Positions 8,788 through 18,419 of a stretch of 64,000 bases of DNA are shown here, piece by piece. Position numbers and translations under genes: made by a program. Each line of letters opens with the position of its first letter. Position 1 is the first letter of the stretch. The notes beneath the pieces were generated by a model. That model saw nothing but the letters and a program-made list of their open reading frames with translations. It did not search any database and had not been told where the DNA came from. Source of the stretch: an uncultured Gemmatimonadales bacterium (GTDB lineage Bacteria > ARS69); assembly GCA_963725045.1 (NCBI GenBank), contig CAVRWY010000014.1, forward strand, positions 305-64,304, written 5' to 3'.

Positions 8788-10625
8788 CCGAGCGCGCGAA
8801 GCTTCTCGACGGTCTCGCTGGAGAGCTCCTCCGGCCGGATCGCGCGGGGCGCATTCGTGTAGAGCGGCGTCGCATGGCGCGAGAGCCACTCTTGAAGCCG
8901 ATCGTGCGCTCTCTGCGCTTCCTCGGGCGAGAGGGGAAGCGGTGCCGATTCCCCAGGATCGGCGAGAAGATCGAAGCGGGACGCGGGACCATTTTCCGGC
9001 AGCACGATTTTCTCCTGCGGCGTGCGGATCGCGAAGTCGCGCTGCAGCTGCGCGAACGAAGCGGTGCGCGCGGCGACGCTTCCCTGCGGGCGCTCTCCCG
9101 GATCGCGTCCTTCCCAGACGTCGCGCGGCGTCTCCCCGGTGATTCGCGCCAGCGCGGGGAGCACGTCGACGTTCTCGATGGGGCCGGCGACGAGCACCCC
9201 GGGACGCACTCCCGCCCCGCGAATTCCGAGCAGAATTCGCAGCGTGGAGTCGTAGAGCGTTCGCCCGTGCGAGAAACGAGGCTCGTGGTCCAGCAGATTC
9301 TCGCCGTGATCGGAGGAGAGCACGAGGATCGCGCGATCGAGAAGCCCGCGCTCTTGCAGTGCGCGCCGAAGCCGGCCGACCTTTTCGTCGGCGAATCGGA
9401 TCTCCGCGACATAGGCCTCTTCCGACGGCCGCCACCCGAAGCGATTGCGCTTGCGGGCACGCGGGGCCGCCGCGACGTCGTCGGGGGCGCCTTCGGGGCG
9501 CGCGCCGAAGCGGGGTCCGAACGGATGCGGAGGAGCGTAGGGAGAATGCACGTCCATCACGTGAACGAAGAGGAACAACGGCTCCGCGCCTTCGTCGAGA
9601 AATCGCAGCATCGTCTCGAAGCTGGGGTCGTATCCCGGGCGCAGGCGTCCGAGAACGCGGTCGATCACCTGGACCAATGCAAGGCTTCGTGTGAGCACGG
9701 CGGGGCTCGCCGATCGCGCGCGCTCGACGCGTCCCGACTCCACGTACAGCTCGAATCCTTGGTCGAATCCGAACCTCTTTCCGAGAAACGTGTTGGTGAC
9801 GAAGCCGGCGGTGCGATACCCGCGCTCCGAAAGAACTTCCGCGAGCGTTTCCACTTCCTCGCTCAGCACGGTGAAGTTCGTGAACACGCCGTGCGAGACC
9901 GGATAGCGCGAGGTGAGCAAGGACGCGTGGGACGGAGCCGAGCCGGGGGAGGGAGTCGTCGCGTCGACGAAGAACGAGCCCTCGCGCAACAGGCGATCGA
10001 CTTCGGGAGACGTGGGCAGCGGGCTCCCACCTCCCGAGAGACGATCGGGACGGAGCGTGTCGATGGAAAGAATGACGATCGGAGGCGCGTCCGAGCGGGG
10101 CGGGCGCTTCGTGACGAGAAAGCGCGGCGAGAGTGCCCCGGCTCCGAGGACGAGCGCCATCGTGATCGCCGAGGCCGGACGCAGGATCGCGGGAATCGCG
10201 CGATCGCGAAACGCCCGCGCGATCGCGCGTCCGACCGCGGCACCGGCGACTGCAGCGACGAGGAGCGCGACGAAATCCAAGAGGAGGCTGCGCACATCCA
10301 GAAAGCTCGCTCCGCGCAGCACGATTCGATTCGCCAGCATGCCGAGTGCGATCGCCAGCGGCACCGCGGTGAGCAGCCCCGCGAGAATGCCGAGCGTCGC
10401 GGCCGCGGGCCGTGTCGCCCCTCCCGCGATGCGGACCACGCCCGCAAGCCCGAGCCCGGCGACGAAACCCAAAAGGCCGTCGGCCCCCACCGCGAAGGGA
10501 AGTCGCGCGAACACGGCGCCGGGGAAGAGCGCCCATTCCACGATGCCGCAGAGCGCACCGAGCATTGCCCCGAGAGCGGCGCCCGCGGCGAGGGTCGAGA
10601 ACTTGCGAGCTCCGGGATTCATCAT
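8775..10625 (-). CDS. membrane-anchored sulfatase-family hydrolase/transferase (5-6 N-terminal TM + sulfatase domain)
   Basis: MMNPGARKF… with several TM helices, then ILSIDTLRPDRLS…TTPSPGSAPSHASLLTSRYPVSHGV (sulfatase active-site region)…VLSSDHGENLLDH. A continuous 616-codon ORF; ATG at 10625. Confidence 0.75.
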   Translation of the reverse strand: MMNPGARKFSTLAAGAALGAMLGALCGIVEWALFPGAVFARLPFAVGADGLLGFVAGLGLAGVVRIAGGATRPAAATLGILAGLLTAVPLAIALGMLANRIVLRGASFLDVRSLLLDFVALLVAAVAGAAVGRAIARAFRDRAIPAILRPASAITMALVLGAGALSPRFLVTKRPPRSDAPPIVILSIDTLRPDRLSGGGSPLPTSPEVDRLLREGSFFVDATTPSPGSAPSHASLLTSRYPVSHGVFTNFTVLSEEVETLAEVLSERGYRTAGFVTNTFLGKRFGFDQGFELYVESGRVERARSASPAVLTRSLALVQVIDRVLGRLRPGYDPSFETMLRFLDEGAEPLFLFVHVMDVHSPYAPPHPFGPRFGARPEGAPDDVAAAPRARKRNRFGWRPSEEAYVAEIRFADEKVGRLRRALQERGLLDRAILVLSSDHGENLLDHEPRFSHGRTLYDSTLRILLGIRGAGVRPGVLVAGPIENVDVLPALARITGETPRDVWEGRDPGERPQGSVAARTASFAQLQRDFAIRTPQEKIVLPENGPASRFDLLADPGESAPLPLSPEEAQRAHDRLQEWLSRHATPLYTNAPRAIRPEELSSETVEKLRALGYVD

Positions 10626-10690
10626 CAGGGCCTTTACAGCTTCCGCGCCGCTCGTGACAATGTGGAATTCCACCCCGAAGTGAGAATGAC

Positions 10691-12412
10691 ATGAAGCGGA
10701 CCGTCCGTTGCGATTTCCGTGATGCGTCCGTCGCGCTCGCGCTCGGACTCGCGTTCTTCGCGGCCGGTCTCCTCGGAACCGGCGGGCCGGCGTACGCGCA
10801 AGGGGAAGGAACGCTTCTTCCCGAGGCGGCGGTTCCCGCCCCGGAAGCGATCCGCGCCGCGCTCGCCAGCGGCGATGCGGTTCGGGCCCTCGATCTCGTG
10901 CGACGCGAGATCGCGGCCCATCCCGGGTCTCCCGATCTCGCGGTTTTGCGACTCCTGGAAGGGCGCATCCTGGCCGGGCAGGGAGATCGCGACGGCGCTC
11001 GCGCCGCGCTGGCCCAAGCGCTCGCCGACTCCACATGGGGAGCGGCGGCGCTGGAGCAGCTTCACGTGATCGCGCTGGCCCGAGGAGAGTTCACGCGTGC
11101 CGAGAGCCTGCGGACCGGCGCCGACGCCAAGGCGCATCCGGCGCTCGCCGCGCGTCTCGCCGCGACCGCCGCCTGGACCCGCGGAGAAATCGGAAAGGCC
11201 GAGCAGGCACTCGGTTCGGCCGATCCACTGGACCGCTTCTCCCAGCTCCTCTCGGCGAATGTGCACATCGCTCGCGGGAGATTGGACGAGGCCGACGTGC
11301 TCTTCGATCGCGTGATCGCGGACTCGACGGACGACGTTCGCTTGGCGGCGCTCGCGCACTTCGGCAAGGGGCAGAGTTCGCGCAGCAGGAATGCCCATGC
11401 GGTGCGCGTGCTCGAGGACGATGCGGCGTTGGCCCGTGCCGAGCTTCCCTGGGCGAATCTCGACGCAGGGTGGGCCCTGGTCACGCTCGGGCGCGACGAC
11501 GAAGCTCGAACGCGTCTCATGAAAGCGGGGCGCGACGTGAAGTCCGTTCAACTTCCGGCGAAGCTTTCGCTGGCTCGTGTGCAAGAGCGCGCCGGCGAGC
11601 GCGAGCTCGCCAAGGAGACGCTGGCGGAAGGGATTCGCGGCGGGCTCGGCGACCCGTTGGCGATGGCGCAATTGGGAGAGCTGCTGGCCCGCGACGGACG
11701 CGCGGAGGATGGACGGGAGCTGCTTCGCGCGGCGTACGAAGCGCTGTCCGAGCTTTCGATCATCCGGTGGAGGCTGGCGAGTGCGGGAGGCGCATCTCCG
11801 GGCCAGACGGACGCGTTGAACGATCCTGCGGTGCGCGCCGTGGAGGCCAGATTGGGCGAGGGCGAGCTGACGATCCTGCCGCTTTTCGTGGAGCCCGACT
11901 CTTGCTCGGTGTCGGATCCTCGCCGGTTCTTGCGCGCGTACGAGCACGGTCTCGGAGAAGACTGGCCCGCGGCGATCGCGTGGTCGGAAGGAGCCAGTCC
12001 AGAAACTCCGGGACTCCTTCTGGTTCGTGCGGTCGCACTCGAAAATGTGGATCGCACCAGCGAAGCGCTCGCCGCCCTGGAGACGCTCGACGAGGCCGGG
12101 CGCTCCAATTGGCTCGCGGATGAGCATCGCGCGAGGCTTTTGGCCCGCGCCGATTCCGCGGCATCGTCGGAGGTGACGAGGCGGCTCCTGGAATCGCATC
12201 CGCGCGATCCGAGACTTCGAGCGCGCATCGCCAAGATGCGCGAGCGATCCGGCGACTTGGAGGGCGCGATCGAAGCGCTGCGCGGAGCGCGGAATGCCGG
12301 ATGGCTGACGGAAACGGAACGCCGCCGACTGCGATCGACGATCGAAGATCTGGAGGACTTGCAGGAGTCGAGTCCGAAAGAGTCGTCGTCGAGCGCGCCG
12401 AGCGGTCCCTGA
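10691..12412 (+). CDS. secreted repeat (TPR-like/all-alpha) protein, hypothetical
   Basis: Signal peptide MKRTVRCDFRDASVALALGLAFFAAGLLGTGGPAYAQ, then an Ala/Leu/Arg-rich helical repeat sequence. Divergent from the sulfatase gene with a 65-bp gap. Confidence 0.5.
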   Translation: MKRTVRCDFRDASVALALGLAFFAAGLLGTGGPAYAQGEGTLLPEAAVPAPEAIRAALASGDAVRALDLVRREIAAHPGSPDLAVLRLLEGRILAGQGDRDGARAALAQALADSTWGAAALEQLHVIALARGEFTRAESLRTGADAKAHPALAARLAATAAWTRGEIGKAEQALGSADPLDRFSQLLSANVHIARGRLDEADVLFDRVIADSTDDVRLAALAHFGKGQSSRSRNAHAVRVLEDDAALARAELPWANLDAGWALVTLGRDDEARTRLMKAGRDVKSVQLPAKLSLARVQERAGERELAKETLAEGIRGGLGDPLAMAQLGELLARDGRAEDGRELLRAAYEALSELSIIRWRLASAGGASPGQTDALNDPAVRAVEARLGEGELTILPLFVEPDSCSVSDPRRFLRAYEHGLGEDWPAAIAWSEGASPETPGLLLVRAVALENVDRTSEALAALETLDEAGRSNWLADEHRARLLARADSAASSEVTRRLLESHPRDPRLRARIAKMRERSGDLEGAIEALRGARNAGWLTETERRRLRSTIEDLEDLQESSPKESSSSAPSGP

Positions 12413-12472
12413 GGAGTGCGCTATATCAACCGCGAGCCTCGGATCCGCGCCGCGCGCGCCGGACGAGGAGGG

Positions 12473-12548
12473 TGGTGGAGCTGAGGGGGATCGAACCCCT
12501 GACCCCTTGACTGCCAGTCAAGTGCTCTCCCATCTGAGCTACAGCCCC
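12473..12548 (-). tRNA. tRNA-Ala (anticodon GGC), CCA encoded
   Basis: Reverse complement GGGGCTGTAGCTCAGATGGGAGAGCACTTGACTGGCAGTCAAGGGGTCAGGGGTTCGATCCCCCTCAGCTCCACCA. Cloverleaf folds, G3:U70 Ala identity pair is present, and the anticodon loop is CTGGCAG. Confidence 0.85.
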
Positions 12549-12668
12549 GTTCTTCCGCGAAAAAGCCTGCGCAGAGTATCCGCGCGCTCGGGGCCGGTCA
12601 AGCGGCGCAGAAGTGCGCACCCGCGTGCTTGACTTCGCTCGGGGCCTCGGATTGACTCCCCCGCGCGT

Positions 12669-12752
12669 GCCGGAGTGGTGAAACTGGTAGACGCAGCGGA
12701 CTCAAAATCCGCCGAACTTCGGTTCGTGCCGGTTCGATTCCGGCCTCCGGCA
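12669..12752 (+). tRNA. tRNA-Leu (anticodon CAA), long variable arm, CCA not encoded
   Basis: GCCGGAGTGGTGAAACTGGTAGACGCAGCGGACTCAAAATCCGCCGAACTTCGGTTCGTGCCGGTTCGATTCCGGCCTCCGGCA. Acceptor stem GCCGGAG/CTCCGGC; anticodon loop CTCAAAA. Confidence 0.8.
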
Positions 12753-12792
12753 CACCTCTTCGAGCCCGCGCGAATCGCGTCGCGGGCTCCAC

Positions 12793-14082
12793 TCACGCGA
12801 TGGCGCGTTCGGCCTCGAGCTCGGCGTCCACATCGATCGATCGCGCCGCCGCGGCCGCAGTCTCCGGTTCGAGCCCCGGTCCCACGATGTCCGCGACGCG
12901 GCCGTCTCGGCCGAGTCGATAGGTGAGGTCGCTCCAGGTGAGCTTGCGCCGCCGCAGTGTGGCGTCGGCACACGCCAGAAGGCTCGCGGCGTTCACGAGA
13001 AGTGCGGCGCCGATCCAGGCACGCACCGGCGGCCGCTCCGGAAGCAGGAAGCGCGAGAAGTAGAACGAAGCGAGGACTCCGGCCGCGGCCATCCCGGCGA
13101 CGATCGCCCCGCTGATCCCGCCCGGCCACGTTCCGGTCACGAGGCGGATCACCACGTGCGCGGCGGCGATTCCCAACGCGGCGCCGTTCACGAACATGTT
13201 CGCCCACAGCATGCCGTACCATACCGGCGAGTAGATCTTCACGAAGAAGAACTGCCGTCCGAGCCAGCGCACGAAGTCGGGATAGCTCTTGATCTCCGAT
13301 CGCGAGGTCACGAGGAATTGCGGAATCGGAGCGACTCGAACGCGGAGCGCCTTCATCACCCGCGACATCGTGAGATCGTCGACGACGGTCTCGCGCCATA
13401 CGTCGGCGAGCCCGGCCTTGCGGAACGAATCGCGGTGGATCGCCATCGATCCGCCCCACGTCGCACCCTTGCACACCAGCGCCGCCAGCGACTGCCAGGT
13501 CTCGGCCATTCCATGCAACGCACCCAGGAGCGCGCGATCGCGCGCCTCCACGAAGTGGAAGCTGGTCGACGCTTCGGAGCGACCGGTGGCGATGGGATGC
13601 ACCATCTCCGCGAGCCAAGACGTGGACACCACGAGATCGCCGTCGCAGAACGCGTAGACGTCGGGGGCGCCGCCGTTCTCCTCGGCGTGGTCGATCCCGC
13701 GAAGCAGATTGTGATTCTTCTGCGCGCAGCGCCATCCGGAGTCGGTGACGCGTCCGACCGTCTTCACGTCCATGTGCTTCGAGCCGGCGACGAGGCGCTC
13801 GATGGGAGCGTGTGCCAGGTCGCCGTTCTCCACGATGAAGGTGACGCGATAGGGTCCGGCGTAGTCCTGCGAATCGAGCGCGCGCACCGTCTCGGCGAGG
13901 TGGGGCAGCGACCCCTTCAAGCACACGAAGATGTGCGACGCGGGCCAACACGCCGGCGCAAGCGAGTCTCGGCGATCCCGTTTCCACGAACGAAGTCGGC
14001 CGATCGCACGCCACCAGGTGACCGCGTTCGCGGAGAGGGCACCCGCAGAGATCAGGATCGACGCGACGATGAATGCTTCCAT
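12793..14082 (-). CDS. family 2 glycosyltransferase (ceramide-glucosyltransferase/HpnI-like fold) with N- and C-terminal TM segments
   Basis: MEAFIVASILISAGAL… TM, GT2 core (…FIVENGDLAHAPIERL…AFCDGDLVVSTSWL…), then a C-terminal hydrophobic region. GGAGGG lies 9 nt upstream of ATG 14082. Confidence 0.65.
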   Translation of the reverse strand: MEAFIVASILISAGALSANAVTWWRAIGRLRSWKRDRRDSLAPACWPASHIFVCLKGSLPHLAETVRALDSQDYAGPYRVTFIVENGDLAHAPIERLVAGSKHMDVKTVGRVTDSGWRCAQKNHNLLRGIDHAEENGGAPDVYAFCDGDLVVSTSWLAEMVHPIATGRSEASTSFHFVEARDRALLGALHGMAETWQSLAALVCKGATWGGSMAIHRDSFRKAGLADVWRETVVDDLTMSRVMKALRVRVAPIPQFLVTSRSEIKSYPDFVRWLGRQFFFVKIYSPVWYGMLWANMFVNGAALGIAAAHVVIRLVTGTWPGGISGAIVAGMAAAGVLASFYFSRFLLPERPPVRAWIGAALLVNAASLLACADATLRRRKLTWSDLTYRLGRDGRVADIVGPGLEPETAAAAARSIDVDAELEAERAIA

Positions 14083-14110
14083 CGCGACGCTTCCCTCCGT
14101 TGTGGTTCCG

Positions 14111-15289
14111 TCACCAGCCCATGAGCCCGCAGCAGCGGGCACAAATCGGAAGCAATCCGTCGCCCTTCAGGCTCTGCCGGAAGCGGCGGTACTTGTCGTT
14201 GTTCCAGATCTCGAGCAACGGATTCTTCTGGATGTTTCCGCACACGTAATCGGGATAGTCGCGGCAGGTGGCCACGTCCCCGTTCGGCATGATCTCGGTG
14301 ACGACCCACGGTTGAATGCAGTTGCCGTAGCCGAACAGCTTCTCCGGGTGCGCGTAGTACTCGGGAATGCTCTCCACCGCCAGATCGGGAATGAACATCA
14401 GCGGGAAGGGCCACTTGCGCGAGCGAATCGAGCGAACCTCTTGCTGGAGGAGCGCATTGTCGAGCCCCTTGAAGAAGAGATAGCCCTCCCACGACTTGGG
14501 AGTGACGTCGAATCGGCGCTGCATCTCTTCGACGTGGCGATGCCCGTTCTCTTCGTTGGTGAACCACGAGTAGTAATACGTGAGGAGATCGACGCCGCGC
14601 TCCGCGGCCCACTCGGCCACGTCTTCCAGGTGCCCGACGTTGTCGCGGGAGATCGTGTTCAAGACGTTGATATAGGGGCGCGGCGAGTTCTGCTTGCGCT
14701 TCTCTTCGATCACCGCGTCGAGACCTTCCATCATCATTTCCCAGGCGCGCTTTTCCTGGCGAATCTCGTTGTGCACGGGGCCGACGCCGTCCACGGACAG
14801 CATCAGCATGTCCACGCCGGCACGCACCAGCCGGTCGGCGGTCTTCGCCATCATGGTGCCGTTCGTCACGATGCCGACCGCGCCGTTGCGGCGCTTCATG
14901 TGCTCCATGAGCGGCATGATGTCGGGATACAGATACGGCTCGCCGCCCCAGATGTAATAGAAGGGGTGGAGATGGGCGATGTCGTCCACCATCGCGCGGT
15001 ACGTCTCGTACGGGACGATCTCGCGAATCTCTTCGTCGGACTTCTCCAGGTTGTAGCCCGTTTCGCCCCACTGCCCGCAGGTCTTGCATCGCAAGTTGCA
15101 GGAATTGACGATCTTCAGGCTGACCTGGCGGAGCTGATGGCTGACCCCGTCGAGAGCATGGCGCTCGTAGGGCGCGAAGATATGTTTCGTGACTTCGCGC
15201 CCGGACCAGCCGCCAAAAGACGTCCGGCGTGCGCAGTAAGACCTTGGAAAGGTGACCGGCCGGGAGCCGGCTGTTGCGGCGCCCTTCAT
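14111..15289 (-). CDS. radical SAM protein with C-terminal SPASM/twitch domain
   Basis: CNLRCKTCGQWG (CxxxCxxC) near the N-terminus. C-terminal Cys cluster CIQPW…ATCRDYPDYVCGNI…LLPICARCCGLMGW. AAGGAG lies 7 nt upstream of ATG 15289; alternative in-frame ATGs at 15319 and 15355. Confidence 0.8.
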   Translation of the reverse strand: MKGAATAGSRPVTFPRSYCARRTSFGGWSGREVTKHIFAPYERHALDGVSHQLRQVSLKIVNSCNLRCKTCGQWGETGYNLEKSDEEIREIVPYETYRAMVDDIAHLHPFYYIWGGEPYLYPDIMPLMEHMKRRNGAVGIVTNGTMMAKTADRLVRAGVDMLMLSVDGVGPVHNEIRQEKRAWEMMMEGLDAVIEEKRKQNSPRPYINVLNTISRDNVGHLEDVAEWAAERGVDLLTYYYSWFTNEENGHRHVEEMQRRFDVTPKSWEGYLFFKGLDNALLQQEVRSIRSRKWPFPLMFIPDLAVESIPEYYAHPEKLFGYGNCIQPWVVTEIMPNGDVATCRDYPDYVCGNIQKNPLLEIWNNDKYRRFRQSLKGDGLLPICARCCGLMGW

Positions 15290-15379
15290 CGGGGGACTCC
15301 TTCGGAGCGACCCGGACATCGATCGTGGACACACCCATCCTCCTCGTTCCGACATCGCCGGAGCCTGGTCGTAGAAACC

Positions 15380-15415
15380 GGCCGGATTGGAACCCGTGCC
15401 CCTTCCCCTGTCAAG
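15380..15415 (-). promoter_or_regulatory. candidate sigma70-type promoter for the radical SAM-GT2 operon
   Basis: On the minus strand: TTGACA (complement of 15409-15414), a 17-nt spacer, then TCCAAT. Lies ~80 nt upstream of the radical SAM start. By eye only. Confidence 0.2.
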
Positions 15416-15630
15416 AAAGCTCGGTGCCGGCCCGCCGCCTGGATCCGGCTCCGTGGGCGGCCGGCCCTCTCGCCGGCCGGCGCGGCGCCTCCCGGGGTGG
15501 CCATTCGCCCTCGTCCGGCCGTCCCTGCGCCACCAGCGACCAAGCGCGCTCCCGGGCTCAATCTACCCTCCCCTTCGGCCGATACCCGGGAGAAGTGGAG
15601 TCGTTCGAAATCCGTCCAAGGGAGTCTGCG

Positions 15631-16413
15631 ATGCGGATCCGCCGTTCGAGCTGGTTCCTTCTTCCCTTCGTCGTGCTGGCCATTGGCGCGTGCGATCCCA
15701 AGCTCACTGGAACTGAAGGGGGCGGAGGCGGAGACGATGACGACGACGAGACCCCGCAGGTGAGCGACCAGGCGCGCGCCGTCGGACAGGTGATCGGGCT
15801 GCACTTCGATCTCATCGCCGTCGCCTTGCAGAACGCCGCCGAGTACGACTCGGCGTCCGTCCCCGCCCCCCGCTCGATCTTCCCGACCAGCTGCATCACG
15901 GTCGCGACGGTCGATGAAGAGGGGCCGGTCATGCAGATGTCGCTCGATACCTGCGTCGATGCGCACGGCACGGACTACGGCGGCCTCGTGGGAATGGAAC
16001 CGCCGCTCGACGGAACGGACGGCTACGTGATGTATCCCAACTCGGGAGAGACGGGGCTGGCCGCACACAACGAAACGCAGCCGCTGTACAGCCACTACTT
16101 TACGCAGGGAACTCTGGAGTTCTCGTTCTCGCGCAGCAGTGGGGCGGTGAACGCGGTGGATATTTCGAATTTCCTGCGACACAACATTCTCACCACGGTC
16201 TGCTCGCTCAGCTACCTGGACATTCACTACACGGGGCAGATCGGGAGTCTTTCGCCGTGGCCCGGTCCCGACGGAACGATTCAGGTGAGCTGGGACGGCG
16301 TCGGCGTGTTCACGGTCGATTTGAGCGGATCGTCCAGCGCGACGTTCACTCTCCTCGGCACGGAATACTTGCTCGATCTCTCTTCCGGAGAGGTCACGAT
16401 CGCTCCGAACTGA
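15631..16413 (+). CDS. lipoprotein, hypothetical (Asp-rich linker after lipobox)
   Basis: MRIRRSSWFLLPFVVLAIGAC lipobox, then GGGGGDDDDDETPQ. GGGAG lies 8 nt upstream of ATG 15631. Confidence 0.55.
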   Translation: MRIRRSSWFLLPFVVLAIGACDPKLTGTEGGGGGDDDDDETPQVSDQARAVGQVIGLHFDLIAVALQNAAEYDSASVPAPRSIFPTSCITVATVDEEGPVMQMSLDTCVDAHGTDYGGLVGMEPPLDGTDGYVMYPNSGETGLAAHNETQPLYSHYFTQGTLEFSFSRSSGAVNAVDISNFLRHNILTTVCSLSYLDIHYTGQIGSLSPWPGPDGTIQVSWDGVGVFTVDLSGSSSATFTLLGTEYLLDLSSGEVTIAPN

Positions 16414-16440
16414 TCGAGCGCTCGTCTCCGAGAATGCGTC

Positions 16441-17178
16441 CTACGGGAATCCCTGCGGAAACGGATAGAGCTGGGGATTCGTCGGCACGACCGGCGCACC
16501 GAGGTGCTGGCCGGTCTGCGGGTGGATGTAGAAACGCGCCACCGACCCGTAGCTGATTCCCCCCGCCGACTGAAACTCCTGCTCGATCAGGAAATCCACC
16601 CGCCATGCGATGGAGTCCGCTTCGTCTCCGACGAAGGCCGGCTCCGGGAACGTGGGAATGGAGAGGAGCCGCGCCGCATAGTCGGTCGCGGCCGGAATGC
16701 TGTCCGGGAACTGGGTGTTGATCAATTGCGCTCGCTCGATCGCGCTGGGAACGACCACGTCGGAATCGAGCAGCCGGTCGAAGGGAACGAAATGGACGAG
16801 GATCGGCGGCGGCGGAACCGCGTCCGAGATCTCCTGCGTCCAAGGAATTCCCTCGAGGAGATGCACGACCAGATTGGCACCGGCCCTTCGACTGTGGAAC
16901 TGAAAGCTGTGGTTTCGGCCACGGCCCGAGGCATCCAATACGGCGAAGCCACCTCCCGCGCTCTGCACGAAGTCGTAGCCGCCGCCGCCCGGAACGCGGA
17001 AGAAGACGTCGTCCATCCAGTCGTACGCGACCGCGAGCGCCACCGGGTACGCCTCCTGCACGCTCGCCGGGAGAAGGAGCGCACTCTCGCTGGTCGAGAA
17101 GTCGTCGCCGCATCCCACGGCCACGACGGTCATGGCCACCGCGCCGAGGAGCGCGCGCCTGCGCTTCGTCAGATCCAT
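16441..17178 (-). CDS. lipoprotein, hypothetical
   Basis: MDLTKRRRALLGAVAMTVVAVGCGDDF lipobox. 246 codons; overlaps the downstream gene start by 10 nt. Confidence 0.5.
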   Translation of the reverse strand: MDLTKRRRALLGAVAMTVVAVGCGDDFSTSESALLLPASVQEAYPVALAVAYDWMDDVFFRVPGGGGYDFVQSAGGGFAVLDASGRGRNHSFQFHSRRAGANLVVHLLEGIPWTQEISDAVPPPPILVHFVPFDRLLDSDVVVPSAIERAQLINTQFPDSIPAATDYAARLLSIPTFPEPAFVGDEADSIAWRVDFLIEQEFQSAGGISYGSVARFYIHPQTGQHLGAPVVPTNPQLYPFPQGFP

Positions 17179-17939
17179 CGCAAACCGAGCCGAAGGATGA
17201 CCCCGGAGAAATCCACCTGACGCTCGCCGGGAATGTTGACACTTTCCCACTCGGGATCGTCGAGGTGAACCGTGGACGCGCCCAGCCGGCCGACGACTTC
17301 GGCAAACAGCGTCATGCGTGCATCCGTGTAGTAGTCGAACGAAACTGCGGACTCGAATCCCAGCCCCCATCCGTCGGCGCGTTGGGTCAGCTTGGAGGAC
17401 GTGTCGAGAATGATCTCGTAGGTTTCTTCAAGCTCCACCGGGGCGATGACCATCCCCAGCGTGACGCCCATGCGGAAGGCGTGCACGTCCCACGCTCGGC
17501 CGCCGCCGATCGTGAAGAGCATGGGCCGCGCTTCCACGCGGGTCTCGTAGGTGATGCTGATCGGCTGGCGCCCTCCCAGATACTGCACCGTGGACCGGTC
17601 GCGCACGTCGTCGGAAAACTTCGATCGATCCGCGGTCGTGCGCACGTACCAGCGATCGTCGAGCCGCACCTGGATCTCGAAGCCGTACGCGAAGGCCCCC
17701 CCGAAGCTCGCACCGTGCAGGTCGAAGCCTTCGTCGTCGTAGGTCGTGGCGCGCTCCTCGAGGAACGTCTCGAGTGAGGAGAGCGACCAGAATCCGGTCC
17801 CGGCGCTGAGCGCGAACGAGACCCGGCGGAAGCGGCGCGAATCTTCGAAGTTGGTCGGGAGCTGCTCTTGTGCGATCGCGGCCGACGGAACGAGGATCGT
17901 CGCCACGAGCAACGCGATGTGGAGCGGCGATCGGCGCAC
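17169..17939 (-). CDS. secreted/outer-membrane beta-barrel-like protein, hypothetical
   Basis: GTG start; signal peptide VRRSPLHIALLVATILVPSAAIAQEQ. Alternating hydrophobic pattern and a terminal …VILRLGLRWI, typical of an OM barrel C-terminus. Confidence 0.4.
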   Translation of the reverse strand: MRRSPLHIALLVATILVPSAAIAQEQLPTNFEDSRRFRRVSFALSAGTGFWSLSSLETFLEERATTYDDEGFDLHGASFGGAFAYGFEIQVRLDDRWYVRTTADRSKFSDDVRDRSTVQYLGGRQPISITYETRVEARPMLFTIGGGRAWDVHAFRMGVTLGMVIAPVELEETYEIILDTSSKLTQRADGWGLGFESAVSFDYYTDARMTLFAEVVGRLGASTVHLDDPEWESVNIPGERQVDFSGVILRLGLRWI

Positions 17940-18166
17940 TCGCGAACTATGCGGCAAGGGTGGAAGGGCCGCAACCGGGCGGGCACGACATTCTTGCGGT
18001 TGCGACACGGTGCTCGGACCGCCTTGTCGCCGGGTCGTGCGGGACCATGGGGCGACGTCGTCTCCGACTTCCGGGCCCGCCGCCGGACGCGTCCCGTGCT
18101 TGACGAAGGGCGCGCGATCGCTTAGGGACAGGGGCGGCGCGAGAGAGCTGGCGGACGAGGGGGGGA

Positions 18167-18349
18167 ATGGAGCCGCAGACCGACGGGGTGGAATGGGTTC
18201 TCGGGGTTCTCTTCGGTCTCGGTCTCTTGGCCGTGCTGGCCGCGGCGTTTCGCGAATGGTCGGGCACGCGCCGGTCGCGCAACGATGATGTAGAATCAAC
18301 GCAGCAACCGGGCGACGCGTCGCCTCCCGACGATGGCCCCACAACCTGA
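18167..18349 (+). CDS. small single-TM protein, hypothetical
   Basis: MEPQTDGVEWVLGVLFGLGLLAVLAAAF…; GAGGGGGGG lies immediately upstream of the ATG. Confidence 0.3.
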   Translation: MEPQTDGVEWVLGVLFGLGLLAVLAAAFREWSGTRRSRNDDVESTQQPGDASPPDDGPTT

Positions 18350-18419
18350 CTCCCACCAGCCGACTTCCCGGGAACGCGGCGACCCGGGGCGCCCTCATCC
18401 CCCGGAGCGCTCGTCTTCC

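Noticed and set aside
7939-11034. 1031-codon ORF on the minus strand
   Set aside because: It overlaps the well-supported sulfatase and STAS genes in another frame. Its composition is Arg/Ala/Gly-rich, as expected of stop-poor frames in 70% GC DNA.
12793-15289. Assigning the GT2 and radical SAM pair as hopanoid HpnI/HpnJ
   Set aside because: The radical SAM protein lacks the N-terminal B12-binding domain of HpnJ. No hpnK or squalene-hopene cyclase is nearby.
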